DNA of 64,000 nucleotides from Escherichia phage EP75: sequence record MG748547; one strand, 5' to 3'. Shown piece by piece: positions 18,224 to 27,829 of this stretch (position 1 is its first letter; each line of letters starts with the position of its first letter). The notes under the pieces were generated by a model. It saw only the letters and a program-made list of their open reading frames with translations, ran no database searches and was not told where the DNA came from. The position numbers and the translations under genes were made by a program.

Positions 18224-18560
18224 CAGTTTCCCCTGCTTTCTCTAAAAGGAGTTTCAAAGGATATGTCCCACAAGCGGTGGCATACTCGACTTTGAAATAT
18301 GAATTATCGTTCATGGCGAAATTGCGATGTGGGAAATATTCCCCGTCATCCAACCCGCCTAATCCCCCGCCGACGCGATATTGTTTTAACTCGACTTCGC
18401 CGCCATAACGGAGTTGGGCATATAGGCCGATAGGAGCGCGAACGTAATGCTCCAGCCATACCCAATTTCCATCGTGTAAACGTGTAGGGATAAATGCAAA
18501 ACGCACCTTGGGATGAAGAACGGCTTTGGCGAGCATCTCTTCTGTTATTTCACGCTTCAT
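18216..18560 (-). CDS. Hypothetical protein
   Basis: 114 aa, overlaps both neighbours by a few nt. Confidence 0.45.
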   Translation of the reverse strand: MKREITEEMLAKAVLHPKVRFAFIPTRLHDGNWVWLEHYVRAPIGLYAQLRYGGEVELKQYRVGGGLGGLDDGEYFPHRNFAMNDNSYFKVEYATACGTYPLKLLLEKAGETDV

Positions 18561-19177
18561 CCAATACCTTCCTCTTCGATGATATCTTCTTCACTAGCGA
18601 CGACAGAGATTCCGTAGTCTACCATCTGGGAAAGTTCTTGTAAATCTTGTTCAAACCCGTCACCCTGTCGGATATAAAAGACGGGTACGACACGACGCCT
18701 GGTATCTTCGAAGATAGTCTCCGCGATTTTATTAATCTGACTCACCACGTGAAACAGTTTTAATCCACCGATGCCACAGCCGATGGCGGGTAAACCAACA
18801 TAGACTGTTTCGTCAGTTTTTGCCTCAATGATATCGTGAACTTGTTCAAACATAATCTGAACTGAACTGATAATGGAAGGCATGCGTGCGTTAGGACCAG
18901 GGTAGAACTGAGTATACAAATTGAATCCCCAGACACCAGTGTCATGATCAAACGCATAGGACATGTTCCCCAAACGTTGTTCCGGACCACGTTCATCTAA
19001 TTGGTCGGCTCGGTAAATTTCTGGGAAATCTAATCGAACATGGTTGGCGATACCTGCGCCCATCACAGACCAACAATTTGCTCCATGAGCGAAAGCATTG
19101 ATGAGATTAAAACTCGTAGCGGCTTTCAGTAAATCGCCGTTTGTGATAACATATGTGGTCATGCGTAACGTCTCCAT
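18557..19177 (-). CDS. Macrodomain (ADP-ribose binding/hydrolase) protein
   Basis: NAFAHGANCWSVMGAGIANHV and VGLPAIGCGIGGLK match the two macrodomain glycine-rich loops. Confidence 0.6.
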   Translation of the reverse strand: METLRMTTYVITNGDLLKAATSFNLINAFAHGANCWSVMGAGIANHVRLDFPEIYRADQLDERGPEQRLGNMSYAFDHDTGVWGFNLYTQFYPGPNARMPSIISSVQIMFEQVHDIIEAKTDETVYVGLPAIGCGIGGLKLFHVVSQINKIAETIFEDTRRRVVPVFYIRQGDGFEQDLQELSQMVDYGISVVASEEDIIEEEGIG

Positions 19178-19395
19178 TGTATAATTTCGTTGTTGACACA
19201 GCTAACCTGGATGATACACATATTCTGGCGATGGTCAGTGAGTGTCATAATAAAACTGTCTGTCTGTGCCATAACACAATTGACAGATATTCCTCGCATT
19301 ATCAAACGAACACAGATTTCTTGATATAATCGTTTCATGTATCCTGAAACTGAAGCGGACTCATACACGCGTTCAAATTCATATAACTCGTTCAT
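19159..19395 (-). CDS. Hypothetical protein
   Basis: 78 aa, operon packing only. Confidence 0.4.
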   Translation of the reverse strand: MNELYEFERVYESASVSGYMKRLYQEICVRLIMRGISVNCVMAQTDSFIMTLTDHRQNMCIIQVSCVNNEIIQWRRYA

Positions 19396-19616
19396 TTATT
19401 CAGACCATCAATAGCGTGTTCAGAAATATATTCAACGAATTGGTTATCAGCTGCCATCTTTAAAAGTTCAAATAATTCCGTTCCAACGGTACTCCCAAAC
19501 ATCCCTTCCAATACACCCTGAACATCTTCATCTATTTCTTCGATGACGAGTCCATACGATTTCAGGCGGCGTGAAATAGCACGGAACTGGGCAATATCAC
19601 CAATTTCATTTGCCAT
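19392..19616 (-). CDS. Hypothetical acidic protein
   Basis: 74 aa. First gene after promoter hairpin 19641-19672. Confidence 0.45.
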   Translation of the reverse strand: MANEIGDIAQFRAISRRLKSYGLVIEEIDEDVQGVLEGMFGSTVGTELFELLKMAADNQFVEYISEHAIDGLNK

Positions 19617-19640
19617 GTTATTTGTCTCATTATGGGGTTA

Positions 19641-19672
19641 GGCGGCAATTATACCGCCAATTTATTCAATAG
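19641..19672 (-). promoter_or_regulatory. Promoter cassette (inverted box) with TATAAT in a hairpin loop
   Basis: Minus strand CTATTGAAT-N10-TATAAT. The -10 (19648-19653) lies in the loop of GGCGG/CCGCC (19641-19658). Confidence 0.55.
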
Positions 19673-20079
19673 AGGTCTTCGGAAAAGAGTTCTTTGAAAG
19701 GAGTGTTCTTCAAACGGACCTGATTAGTTTGTCCGGCTTCACGAGCGACCACAGCAGCCTCTTCACGGGACATCCATTGCCCATAGTTATCAATAAACCC
19801 TTGTTCACGAGTGTGGGTGGTTTCGATAATACCTGCTTCCTTCAATCGTTTGAGTTGCGTGTTCATCAATTTGTCGTGATGTCGGGCGCTTACAACGATC
19901 ACATCACCATATTTGTTGGCAGCAGCCACAACACGCCGATCAAACTTGGTTGGGTCAGGTATATCACGAGTATACAAGGCGATGTGAGTGTCGTCCACGT
20001 CCCCTTTCACCTCAGAATATAACTGACACCCATTAGGAGATCCAGTAGGTAAAGAACGAAAATATCCAAGTAATTTCAT
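19666..20079 (-). CDS. Hypothetical protein
   Basis: 137 aa. Conserved-looking SARHHD..QGF.D..G.W.SREEA stretch, family not recognised. Confidence 0.45.
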   Translation of the reverse strand: MKLLGYFRSLPTGSPNGCQLYSEVKGDVDDTHIALYTRDIPDPTKFDRRVVAAANKYGDVIVVSARHHDKLMNTQLKRLKEAGIIETTHTREQGFIDNYGQWMSREEAAVVAREAGQTNQVRLKNTPFKELFSEDLY

Positions 20080-20082
20080 AAT

Positions 20083-20394
20083 CTAATCTATCCATATTTC
20101 AGGTTCGGGGATATCAACCATCTCCACCGTTTGATTCTTTAATTCGTGGAAACAGTCACCAAGGAATTGTAATTTACCATCAGTCAAGAACAAATGACAA
20201 CGACTCGCCGGATCAGAATGATTCACCAACAGACTAGGAGTGAAAGTCGGTGATTCGAGATCGTGATTCCATTGCCATATTGGGCCAGGCGTTTGCCCTG
20301 AAATGCGATAAGGATGAAGCATATTACATCCAGGACAATGAAAATATATGGAACCACCCATTGATAATAATTTTGGAGTCAATAATTTTGACAT
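20083..20394 (-). CDS. Zn-binding protein (DUF6527-like, tentative)
   Basis: Start moved to ATG 20394, adjacent to the upstream stop. HCPGC..W.WN..ESPTFTPS..CH.F..DG pattern. Confidence 0.4.
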   Translation of the reverse strand: MSKLLTPKLLSMGGSIYFHCPGCNMLHPYRISGQTPGPIWQWNHDLESPTFTPSLLVNHSDPASRCHLFLTDGKLQFLGDCFHELKNQTVEMVDIPEPEIWID

Positions 20395-20395
20395 A

Positions 20396-20707
20396 TCACG
20401 CCTCCACTTCTTCATCAGGATTGTATGGGCGTAATTCTCCAATTAACTTAGGGAAGAGGGCAAACCCGAACAGATTAAAAGAACGCATGGTCCCAACCAT
20501 ACCAACATCATCCAATTCGGTAACGTCAGAAAGGGCACACAACGGTATCCACACGTCTTCTTGTCCTTCGTAATTTACGAAGGCAACTTCCTCTTTAATA
20601 AAACGAGGGCATAAGATATCGAACAACCAATAGAAGAAAGTCAGCAATGAGAGACTGCGGAAATATACAAACATGGTGAACCCCTTGCTTGTTTGGAGGG
20701 AATTCAC
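20396..20707 (-). CDS. Hypothetical membrane protein
   Basis: 103 aa with one hydrophobic helix FRSLSLLTFFYWLFDIL. Confidence 0.35.
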   Translation of the reverse strand: MNSLQTSKGFTMFVYFRSLSLLTFFYWLFDILCPRFIKEEVAFVNYEGQEDVWIPLCALSDVTELDDVGMVGTMRSFNLFGFALFPKLIGELRPYNPDEEVEA

Positions 20708-20716
20708 CCTCCGGAT

Positions 20717-22042
20717 TTATAGGCCCAATGCCTTTTCAAGATCATCTAAATCTTCAGTATAAAGATCGATGTCTTGCTTATTATTTAATTCTTCTCGTTG
20801 AACTTCTAAATTCTTTATCTGGTTCAACAAACGTTCACGTGCGTCTAACGTAATTGATGATAAAGACATCTTGAATAAATCATCGAGATCGCCATCAAAA
20901 TCAGGATAGTCTGTCTGGAATAACGCTTTCAGTTCCGTGAGGCTCCGGCGCATATCTGTAACGACAGCCCACCCAATGAATATGGCACGATTGTTCAAAC
21001 GGTGTATTTTGTCGGTCAATTCCTTGATAAGATACTGACGTCTATCTTCATAGCGACTCAGGCGATAATTGAAAAATGGAAGCAACATGTCTTTCCAACC
21101 ATCATAACGGTGAATAACACCATCTTCATCCCAAGCTGTCCACACGGGCTTATTAGCTGAGTAGAGACGGAACATCTGTTCAACCTGTTCGTCATTCAAC
21201 TTAGACAATTCACCCCGCTTGAATACAACAGTGATATCCCAACCATCTTCGGTCGTATCGTTGGCGTACTCAGTGAGGACACCCGCCTTGTACAGGGGCA
21301 ACAGCACTTTGGTCTCATAGGTTTTAGAGAACCAACCAATAGGAACCTCGGTGATGTTCAAAGTGGTTGCATTAACGCGGGTGAACAAACCACGGCTGTA
21401 TGCTCTTCCTTCCTCAGTATAGCCCGTTTCTCCTTTGAAACCATTCCAGTACGGTTTTAAGTCTTTCGGGTCTTCGCCACGGAGAAGCGCTCTCAGGGCA
21501 CTGAGCACGGACTTAACGGAATGGCATGGGGTGTCGGTGGCATAACCGGAGCCGATACCATTGATACCATTCACGAGAAACATGGGCAGGATGGGTAAAA
21601 AGAATTTCGGCTCTAGTTTCTCTTCCCCAAGATAATTGTATTCCAATATCCCATCGTCCTCCTTTCGGAAGATTTTACGGATAACTTCAGACACTGCCAC
21701 TGAAATATAACGAGCGGAAGACGCTTCGCGCCCCATGATTGAACCAAACTGTCCGTCGCGGTCAAAGTATGGGATGTTATTCGTACCTGGGAACCCCTGA
21801 GCCATGTTCACAATAGTGCCGCTCATGTTCTCGCCACCAGATTTGTAGTTGGTGCGGGCGGCGGCGAACATGCCAAGGCGGTCAACGATCTCCTCCTTGT
21901 TGTACTCAAGAGCAGCAAAGAGGATCTTGCGCTGGCTGGGCTTGAGGCTGTCGATCAGTTGAGGGATTTGACGGATGCTGTTGACCACAGAGAACTCCTT
22001 GTGGTCACCATTTATGAAATCCGTCACGGTAATAGTCGTCAT
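20717..22042 (-). CDS. DNA topoisomerase II medium subunit (T4 gp52-like, GyrA-type)
   Basis: SLKPSQRKILFAA and active-site Tyr context SSARYISVA. Confidence 0.85.
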   Translation of the reverse strand: MTTITVTDFINGDHKEFSVVNSIRQIPQLIDSLKPSQRKILFAALEYNKEEIVDRLGMFAAARTNYKSGGENMSGTIVNMAQGFPGTNNIPYFDRDGQFGSIMGREASSARYISVAVSEVIRKIFRKEDDGILEYNYLGEEKLEPKFFLPILPMFLVNGINGIGSGYATDTPCHSVKSVLSALRALLRGEDPKDLKPYWNGFKGETGYTEEGRAYSRGLFTRVNATTLNITEVPIGWFSKTYETKVLLPLYKAGVLTEYANDTTEDGWDITVVFKRGELSKLNDEQVEQMFRLYSANKPVWTAWDEDGVIHRYDGWKDMLLPFFNYRLSRYEDRRQYLIKELTDKIHRLNNRAIFIGWAVVTDMRRSLTELKALFQTDYPDFDGDLDDLFKMSLSSITLDARERLLNQIKNLEVQREELNNKQDIDLYTEDLDDLEKALGL

Positions 22043-22488
22043 TTATCGTATCCCCCTAAATTAAATACGTCCACTTGGTAATCGACCAACCAAGATACCA
22101 GTTTAATCGCTTGTTCCGATTCATCTGATTCATCAAGAGTGTAATATGGTTTACCCGTCCCTTTAAGCGGGTCATACACCACCAATTTACCATCTCGAGT
22201 GTCCAACAATATCTGATGTAATATGCCAGGGGAAGTCAGGGAAGGGGCGACCAGGACATAAACATAATCGTGATAAATCGTTATATTTTGATTAGCCCCA
22301 CGCCCAGCTATAAATGGCACACCATTGAGATGCAGTGCGTCACCAATAGTCATCTCAAATGATTCGAATGAATCATGGAATTCGTCAATAACATTCTGTA
22401 CAGGGCGGTCGAGAATCATGGCCAAACACGCAGACATACAAGTGTTGCCTGTCGGTTGTTTTTGGTGTACTAATGGATTCAAAACCAT
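22039..22488 (-). CDS. Papain-fold cysteine peptidase, C39-like
   Basis: Q-x6-C in HQKQPTGNTCMSACLAMIL, downstream LHQILLD..LVVYDP (His, Asp). Start moved to the ATG just after the topo large-subunit stop. Confidence 0.5.
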   Translation of the reverse strand: MVLNPLVHQKQPTGNTCMSACLAMILDRPVQNVIDEFHDSFESFEMTIGDALHLNGVPFIAGRGANQNITIYHDYVYVLVAPSLTSPGILHQILLDTRDGKLVVYDPLKGTGKPYYTLDESDESEQAIKLVSWLVDYQVDVFNLGGYDK

Positions 22489-22489
22489 C

Positions 22490-24403
22490 TTATTCCCCTT
22501 CCGTTTCAAATAGGCAAACGTCGCTAAACCAGGTTTTGCGGTAGTCGGCGGCCTCATCACCGAAGCCATTCTTCAGTGACTGTTGATAGCCATCGTCCAG
22601 CGTGACCGTCGTAGTATACGCATCCAGGTTGTTTAGAATACGCTTGAAGTCTTCAGTGCTGTTACCGCCAAGACCTTTCAGATATTTATTCTTCGTGATC
22701 TTCTTGGCGTCAGGTGTCTTCAGGAACTCCTCATACTCGGTGTTGTTCATGAACTCATGCATCACCTTACCACACCACACGCGCATGTATGGAGTACGAA
22801 GGAGCTTCAGCCTACCCTGACGAACGTATTCAGGCCAGAACGTACAATACAGAGTTATTAACAACCCACGGATATGAATGCCGTCGTCATCCGCGTCTGT
22901 TGCCACGACGGTCTGTGGATAGCGACTGATATCAAGCGGCTGGCCTGGCACAGCACCGCCGTGAATGGTGCATAAATTCTTGAATTCTTCGTTCGCCATC
23001 ACCTTTGAGCGCGGGGCGTTCAGGCAGTTGATGAACTTACCACGAAGCGGGAACAAACCAATTTTCTTGGTATCACGAGCGTTCAGGATAGGGTTGGATG
23101 CGCTATCACCTTCTGTCAGTAGCAGCGAACACCCACTGCGGTCGCCTCTGGCGGTCGCCGGATAATACTTCTCAATCTCACGATAATCCCGTTTGCTGAT
23201 ATCCTTCTTCGCCTTTTCAAATTCGGCATCTTCTTGTTCATTGCGTAATGAAGCCAGTTCTTTACTCAGCCCTGCTGTCACGAACTCAAGCGCCTTGCGA
23301 ATCAGTTTATCGCTGGGCTTGTAGGACGTACCAAACTGGCTCACAGGAGTCGTCATGCGCTCCTTGGTCTGGCTGTCAAAGCGAGGGTTGTTGATGTCGG
23401 CGGCGATGAACAATGACATGTGGTTCTTGATCATCGCTGGCTTCAGTTCGGTCTTGAACTTCTTAACCAGCTGAGGGCGTATAGCCGCCACGATCTGGTC
23501 AGCAACATAATCAACGTGAGGTCCACCGATGTGCGTGGCGATTGAGTTCACGTATGATGCATGCATGAACGCACCAGATGAGGGAGTGATAGCAACAGAC
23601 CAATCATCCGTTTCATCAACAGCCGAGCCAGCGTAGAAGTAATCAACGAAATGACCAAATCGATCAATGCGGATTTGCTTGCCGTTGAGAACAACCTTCA
23701 GGCGCGGGTTGCATGCCGCCACTTCGAATGCACGACGGTAAATCATGAGCAGGTTGTTCTGGTCAAGCCCCTTAACACCCAGGCGCGCATAATCAGGGAT
23801 CCAGGCAATAGTGGTGCCGAACTCTTTCGGTGTATTGCCGATGACCGGATTGGACTTCTTGCTCATGTTGTCTTCAAACAGCTGAGTATAAGACTTCTTG
23901 CCGTCACTGGTAGCAACGCGGAACCACTTTGAGAACACGTTGACGAGCGAAGCCCCTTCACCGTTCTGGCCGCCGGACTTCTGGTTGTTGTACTCCTCGT
24001 CCTCATCGTTGAAGTTGCTGCCCGCATAGAGCGAGCCAAACAACATCTCAGGGAGCCACTCATTGGTGACGCCATGCTTGACCACAGGGATACCCCCGTT
24101 GTCAGAAACGATGATTTGACCGTTCATAGGGGAGACCGTGACGGTGATTTCCGTCAAGCCTTTACCCTCAGGGGTCTTGCTGTGGTCAACACAGTTGGTG
24201 ATGATTTCATCAAACTGTTTGATCAGCGCAGGGGAGTACTCAAAGTTGTCACGGAAGATGACTTTGTCTTTGGTTGGGTCATACACCCACACCGTCCCCA
24301 CAGACGAACGGATACTGCCCAGATGACGCTCTGGGCGAAGTAGGATATGCTCTATGTGAGTGAGCTTTTTGTATTTGCGTTCAATATCAATTTTGTTGGA
24401 CAT
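22490..24403 (-). CDS. DNA topoisomerase II large subunit (T4 gp39+gp60-like, GyrB-type)
   Basis: GHKL N-box EIITNCVDH, SDNGGIP, GGQNGEGAS. Toprim LLLTEGDSA and ATDADDDGIHI. Single 637-aa ORF. Confidence 0.9.
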   Translation of the reverse strand: MSNKIDIERKYKKLTHIEHILLRPERHLGSIRSSVGTVWVYDPTKDKVIFRDNFEYSPALIKQFDEIITNCVDHSKTPEGKGLTEITVTVSPMNGQIIVSDNGGIPVVKHGVTNEWLPEMLFGSLYAGSNFNDEDEEYNNQKSGGQNGEGASLVNVFSKWFRVATSDGKKSYTQLFEDNMSKKSNPVIGNTPKEFGTTIAWIPDYARLGVKGLDQNNLLMIYRRAFEVAACNPRLKVVLNGKQIRIDRFGHFVDYFYAGSAVDETDDWSVAITPSSGAFMHASYVNSIATHIGGPHVDYVADQIVAAIRPQLVKKFKTELKPAMIKNHMSLFIAADINNPRFDSQTKERMTTPVSQFGTSYKPSDKLIRKALEFVTAGLSKELASLRNEQEDAEFEKAKKDISKRDYREIEKYYPATARGDRSGCSLLLTEGDSASNPILNARDTKKIGLFPLRGKFINCLNAPRSKVMANEEFKNLCTIHGGAVPGQPLDISRYPQTVVATDADDDGIHIRGLLITLYCTFWPEYVRQGRLKLLRTPYMRVWCGKVMHEFMNNTEYEEFLKTPDAKKITKNKYLKGLGGNSTEDFKRILNNLDAYTTTVTLDDGYQQSLKNGFGDEAADYRKTWFSDVCLFETEGE

Positions 24404-24452
24404 CGGCCTATCCCGTCAATGGTAAACACACAAGATTATGTATGGGGTTGGC

Positions 24453-25031
24453 TTATAGACCAAATTTAGTGCGCCATTTTTCCACTTTGTGTTCTATGGC
24501 ATGTTCCACTTTAACGATCGTGTTGATATGGTTTTGATTATATCCACACGCCAATTTGGCAGTATTGCGTATCAGATTTGAAACCAGGTCCACCATATTA
24601 TCTTCTGAACGTTGAGGTTGGTTCAGTAAACGAGTGATGCGGCCTTTGTAATGATTAACCATCGCAAGATATTTGTCTATAGTTTCAACACCACTGCAGA
24701 ACCAATAATCCTCCAACGTATGTTGGCTGAGATCAGTTGTGTGATTGGCCGTAGCCAAAGCAAACACCATGGAGTCAAAGATTTCTTCTTTGGTCATAGA
24801 CCCATGTTGTTGAACTTGTTGATAATCCACAACATATAATAGATCCAGAGCCGAGATGATAACGTCCGCCACTTCACCGTTCAGGGGTTCGGATGCAGCG
24901 ATTCCATAAAGCACATCTGATAGTTCACAAGACTCTTCCACGAGTTTGCAATATACAAACACAGGAGAACGATTAGGATCGCGCTGGCTGAGTTCATATG
25001 ATGTGTTGAAGATAGTTTTTAGAAAATTCAT
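24453..25031 (-). CDS. MazG-like all-alpha NTP pyrophosphohydrolase (tentative)
   Basis: LVEESCELSD and GEVADVIISALDLL resemble the MazG EExxE / ExxD metal motifs. Confidence 0.45.
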   Translation of the reverse strand: MNFLKTIFNTSYELSQRDPNRSPVFVYCKLVEESCELSDVLYGIAASEPLNGEVADVIISALDLLYVVDYQQVQQHGSMTKEEIFDSMVFALATANHTTDLSQHTLEDYWFCSGVETIDKYLAMVNHYKGRITRLLNQPQRSEDNMVDLVSNLIRNTAKLACGYNQNHINTIVKVEHAIEHKVEKWRTKFGL

Positions 25032-25528
25032 TTCAAATATCCTTCTAGACGGAAGCGGTTAATATGCTGTATGATAAAATCCATAGAGTTTTGAAAACTG
25101 TATTTCCCCTGATGCTCATATGCATGAATAAGGGGAAGACGGCTGTGGGCCAATTGGAATCTCAACTTGGATGGCATTGTCAGCAATTTTTGACTCGTCG
25201 CTGCGATAATGTCTCGTTTAAATTTGGGATCATCAGGGGACAATACAACGATGCGTGACTTGGCCAGGGTTTGTCCAAATTGCTTGGCGTCGTTCCCGTA
25301 AAGACTACGCAAGTCGTCGTGGCGATATTTTAGCCAATACCAGTAGCCTTCTATTGAGTTGAAATTACCATCAACAGTATCCATGGGATGGTATGCAAAA
25401 TGGGAAAGGAATCTGCCTAGTTCTGTGCGACTTCGACTGTATATGTTGTAATGGGTCTTACCTTCACTATCCGGCGTCATACGTTCTTTTGGAACATTGA
25501 GTAATGGGAGCATGATATAGGGTCTCAA
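25028..25528 (-). CDS. Hypothetical protein
   Basis: 166 aa, 4-nt overlap. Confidence 0.45.
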   Translation of the reverse strand: MRPYIMLPLLNVPKERMTPDSEGKTHYNIYSRSRTELGRFLSHFAYHPMDTVDGNFNSIEGYWYWLKYRHDDLRSLYGNDAKQFGQTLAKSRIVVLSPDDPKFKRDIIAATSQKLLTMPSKLRFQLAHSRLPLIHAYEHQGKYSFQNSMDFIIQHINRFRLEGYLK

Positions 25529-25556
25529 ATCAAAATTGCTGTGTGTGTGTGTTAAA

Positions 25557-25748
25557 TCAGATCTTTTTGTACGCTTTCAAAGCACTAATAACCGAGACGC
25601 CGCCAAATAGAACTAACAATATGAATCGTTCCATCCTGAAATCAGGAAGGGAAAGCAGTCCCACAAGGCTGTCTAAAGCAATCATGAACGTTACTCCAGT
25701 CAGCATGCCCAACTTAAAGGAGTTGGAACCTCTTTTGCAACGTAGCAT
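25557..25748 (-). CDS. Small membrane protein
   Basis: 63 aa with two hydrophobic segments. Confidence 0.35.
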   Translation of the reverse strand: MLRCKRGSNSFKLGMLTGVTFMIALDSLVGLLSLPDFRMERFILLVLFGGVSVISALKAYKKI

Positions 25749-25794
25749 AAATCACCTCCGATTCAAATGGGGAGTTCTCTCCCCACACAGATAT

Positions 25795-26304
25795 CTAGCC
25801 CAGAAACACTACTAAAGTCAAATTTGTGAGACTGGTCCGAGCATCCTGCAACATTTCACGGGCAGCGGCTAAACGTTTTACATCATGTAGAGTGTCAGAG
25901 AACACGATTATGTTAGCCTTATCGATCCTGGTCCCCATGAAATGGGTGATTGTCGTCGTGCTCTCTTTCTTGTCGACATCAGGGATAAGTAATTCTTCGC
26001 CCGTCTGAGGGTTGCGGGAAGGATAGAAGAATGCATCACGTTCACGAGAAGTATGGAAGACGCCAAACACATATGCATCGTTTTCGACCTGAAACTTTTT
26101 AGAAAGTAGTTTCTTCAGAGCGGCTGTATGTCCGGTCTGGCGGAGCATTCTGTAGTAGAGCATGTTGCCGGAGCAAATAGGGTCTATCACTCCCCTAATT
26201 TGACGTTCCTTTTGTATCTCATACGCATCTGCCACAAGCTGCTGGATCATATCGACATGGGCATTCATGGAGATTTCTATTTTACGTTTGATCATAGATT
26301 GCAT
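25795..26304 (-). CDS. Hypothetical protein
   Basis: 169 aa. Promoter-like TGTATAAT upstream at about 26350 (minus strand). Confidence 0.45.
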   Translation of the reverse strand: MQSMIKRKIEISMNAHVDMIQQLVADAYEIQKERQIRGVIDPICSGNMLYYRMLRQTGHTAALKKLLSKKFQVENDAYVFGVFHTSRERDAFFYPSRNPQTGEELLIPDVDKKESTTTITHFMGTRIDKANIIVFSDTLHDVKRLAAAREMLQDARTSLTNLTLVVFLG

Positions 26305-26370
26305 TTGGTATATCCTCAGTTAGGTTCCGCTCATGGGGAACGGGTCCATTATACACCCAATGCTGGAAAT

Positions 26371-26394
26371 GAAAAAGAGGCCGAAGCCTCTTTA
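26371..26394 (-). terminator. Intrinsic terminator
   Basis: Minus strand AAAGAGGC-TTCG-GCCTCTTTTT. Confidence 0.65.
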
Positions 26395-26613
26395 ATCGTC
26401 GTATTGGCCTGTCCTGAAATTCCATTTTCGCGCCTTGGATAAATCCAAATCTTTGAAAATGCTGCCAAAGATCTTTTTAAAATCAGACTCTTCTTCAAGA
26501 TCTTTTGGTTTTTTGACAGGCTCCTTAACCATACCGCCTTCGGGTTTCCCCACATCGGCGGTCGTGGTTGCCGGAGCAGAAGAGTCTTCAAGGAAATCCT
26601 GGAAGCTCTTCAT
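26392..26613 (-). CDS. Hypothetical protein
   Basis: 73 aa. Stop overlaps terminator 26371-26394. Confidence 0.35.
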   Translation of the reverse strand: MKSFQDFLEDSSAPATTTADVGKPEGGMVKEPVKKPKDLEEESDFKKIFGSIFKDLDLSKARKWNFRTGQYDD

Positions 26614-26616
26614 AAA

Positions 26617-27426
26617 TTACACCACAGCCATTTCACAACGAGTAGACGTGACAGAATGGCCATCTGCATCAGAAACAACACACCAATATTCGCCTTCATT
26701 TGCGGCTTCAACTGCTGTGATAACCAGGTTAGCAGTGGCGGCGGTGGCATTAGTGCCAGCATCGATAACTGACCCCGCACCCCCAGGAGTATCAGAGAAA
26801 TGCCACACATAAGTGTATGGAGTTGTACCGCCCGCAGCAACAACACTAAAGGTTCCGTCTTGTCCAGAAGTCACGTCTTTGGTGGCAGGTAAATCAGTCG
26901 ACAGCGATAGAGCGCCTGCAACTGTAATAACCGTAGAATCTGTGTGATTCCCTTCAACCGTGACACCATAAACCGTTACAGTTCCTGAAGCCAGCAATTT
27001 GAATTTACCACCACCGACATGTACAGCTTTCGTAATATCACCAGAATACCAATTAACGCCTTGATATGTGGCATTGGCAGGGGATACCGTCGCTAGCAAT
27101 TCAACAAATTGTCCGACCTCTCCGCTGGCTGTAGCTGGAGTAATCACAAGTCCGGTGGTTAAAATGGCATTCGGATCGTGGATTTCATAAGATACTTGAA
27201 AGCCGATAGGCTTGGTGGGATCCACTTTGGTGACACCGTCCGCTTGTAAATTGCTCTTGGTGAGCAGAGCGTCAAGACCTTTACATTCGGTCAGGATCTC
27301 ATCAGGATCTTGGTTGAGGCTGGTCTTTTGCCAACCCTTTGCAACACCCGTCACGACATGATTGCGTTCGGTTTCGGGTTTGTTGCGGACAACTTCCGGT
27401 GCGACTAATACTGTGATTGTTGGCAT
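26617..27426 (-). CDS. Ig-like domain protein (Hoc-like capsid decoration candidate)
   Basis: Big_2-like ATVSPANATYQGVNWYS and Ig-like EGEYWCVVSD. Start at ATG 27426 with SD GGAGGAAA. Confidence 0.5.
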   Translation of the reverse strand: MPTITVLVAPEVVRNKPETERNHVVTGVAKGWQKTSLNQDPDEILTECKGLDALLTKSNLQADGVTKVDPTKPIGFQVSYEIHDPNAILTTGLVITPATASGEVGQFVELLATVSPANATYQGVNWYSGDITKAVHVGGGKFKLLASGTVTVYGVTVEGNHTDSTVITVAGALSLSTDLPATKDVTSGQDGTFSVVAAGGTTPYTYVWHFSDTPGGAGSVIDAGTNATAATANLVITAVEAANEGEYWCVVSDADGHSVTSTRCEMAVV

Positions 27427-27797
27427 GGTTTCCTCCACTCATCCAAATCGTTGTTCAGAGCCATCATCAGCTCATTATCTGGTTCGTATGAACCGGAACA
27501 TAAATCATCTCGCCAAACTCCTAACGTCAACAGCGCTGCTTTAAGACGAGGATGTTGGTTCTTATCCGTTTTCAACACCAACATTCGGCACACGGCTTCG
27601 GTTTCAAAGGTATTGAAAAGAATAATCAATTGGTTGATAAGTACGCGAGGACTTTTCCCTGGCACAAATCTTTTCAATGATTGATTAATTAGCGAAATTC
27701 GCTGAATGTCTACCATCAAATCATCTCTTGAGACACCAGGGGTGATATAATGTCTTAGAGCGTACTCCATCAAATTGCTTTCGTCAACGATAGCCAT
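27405..27797 (-). CDS. Hypothetical protein
   Basis: 130 aa. Confidence 0.45.
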   Translation of the reverse strand: MAIVDESNLMEYALRHYITPGVSRDDLMVDIQRISLINQSLKRFVPGKSPRVLINQLIILFNTFETEAVCRMLVLKTDKNQHPRLKAALLTLGVWRDDLCSGSYEPDNELMMALNNDLDEWRKPCQQSQY

Positions 27798-27829
27798 ATT
27801 GAATTATAATCAGCAGTTATACACTGGGA

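Noticed and set aside
25541-25552. A (GT)6 microsatellite in the 25529-25556 intergenic gap.
   Set aside because: At only 12 nt it is too short to claim phase variation, and no gene start or promoter element obviously depends on its length.
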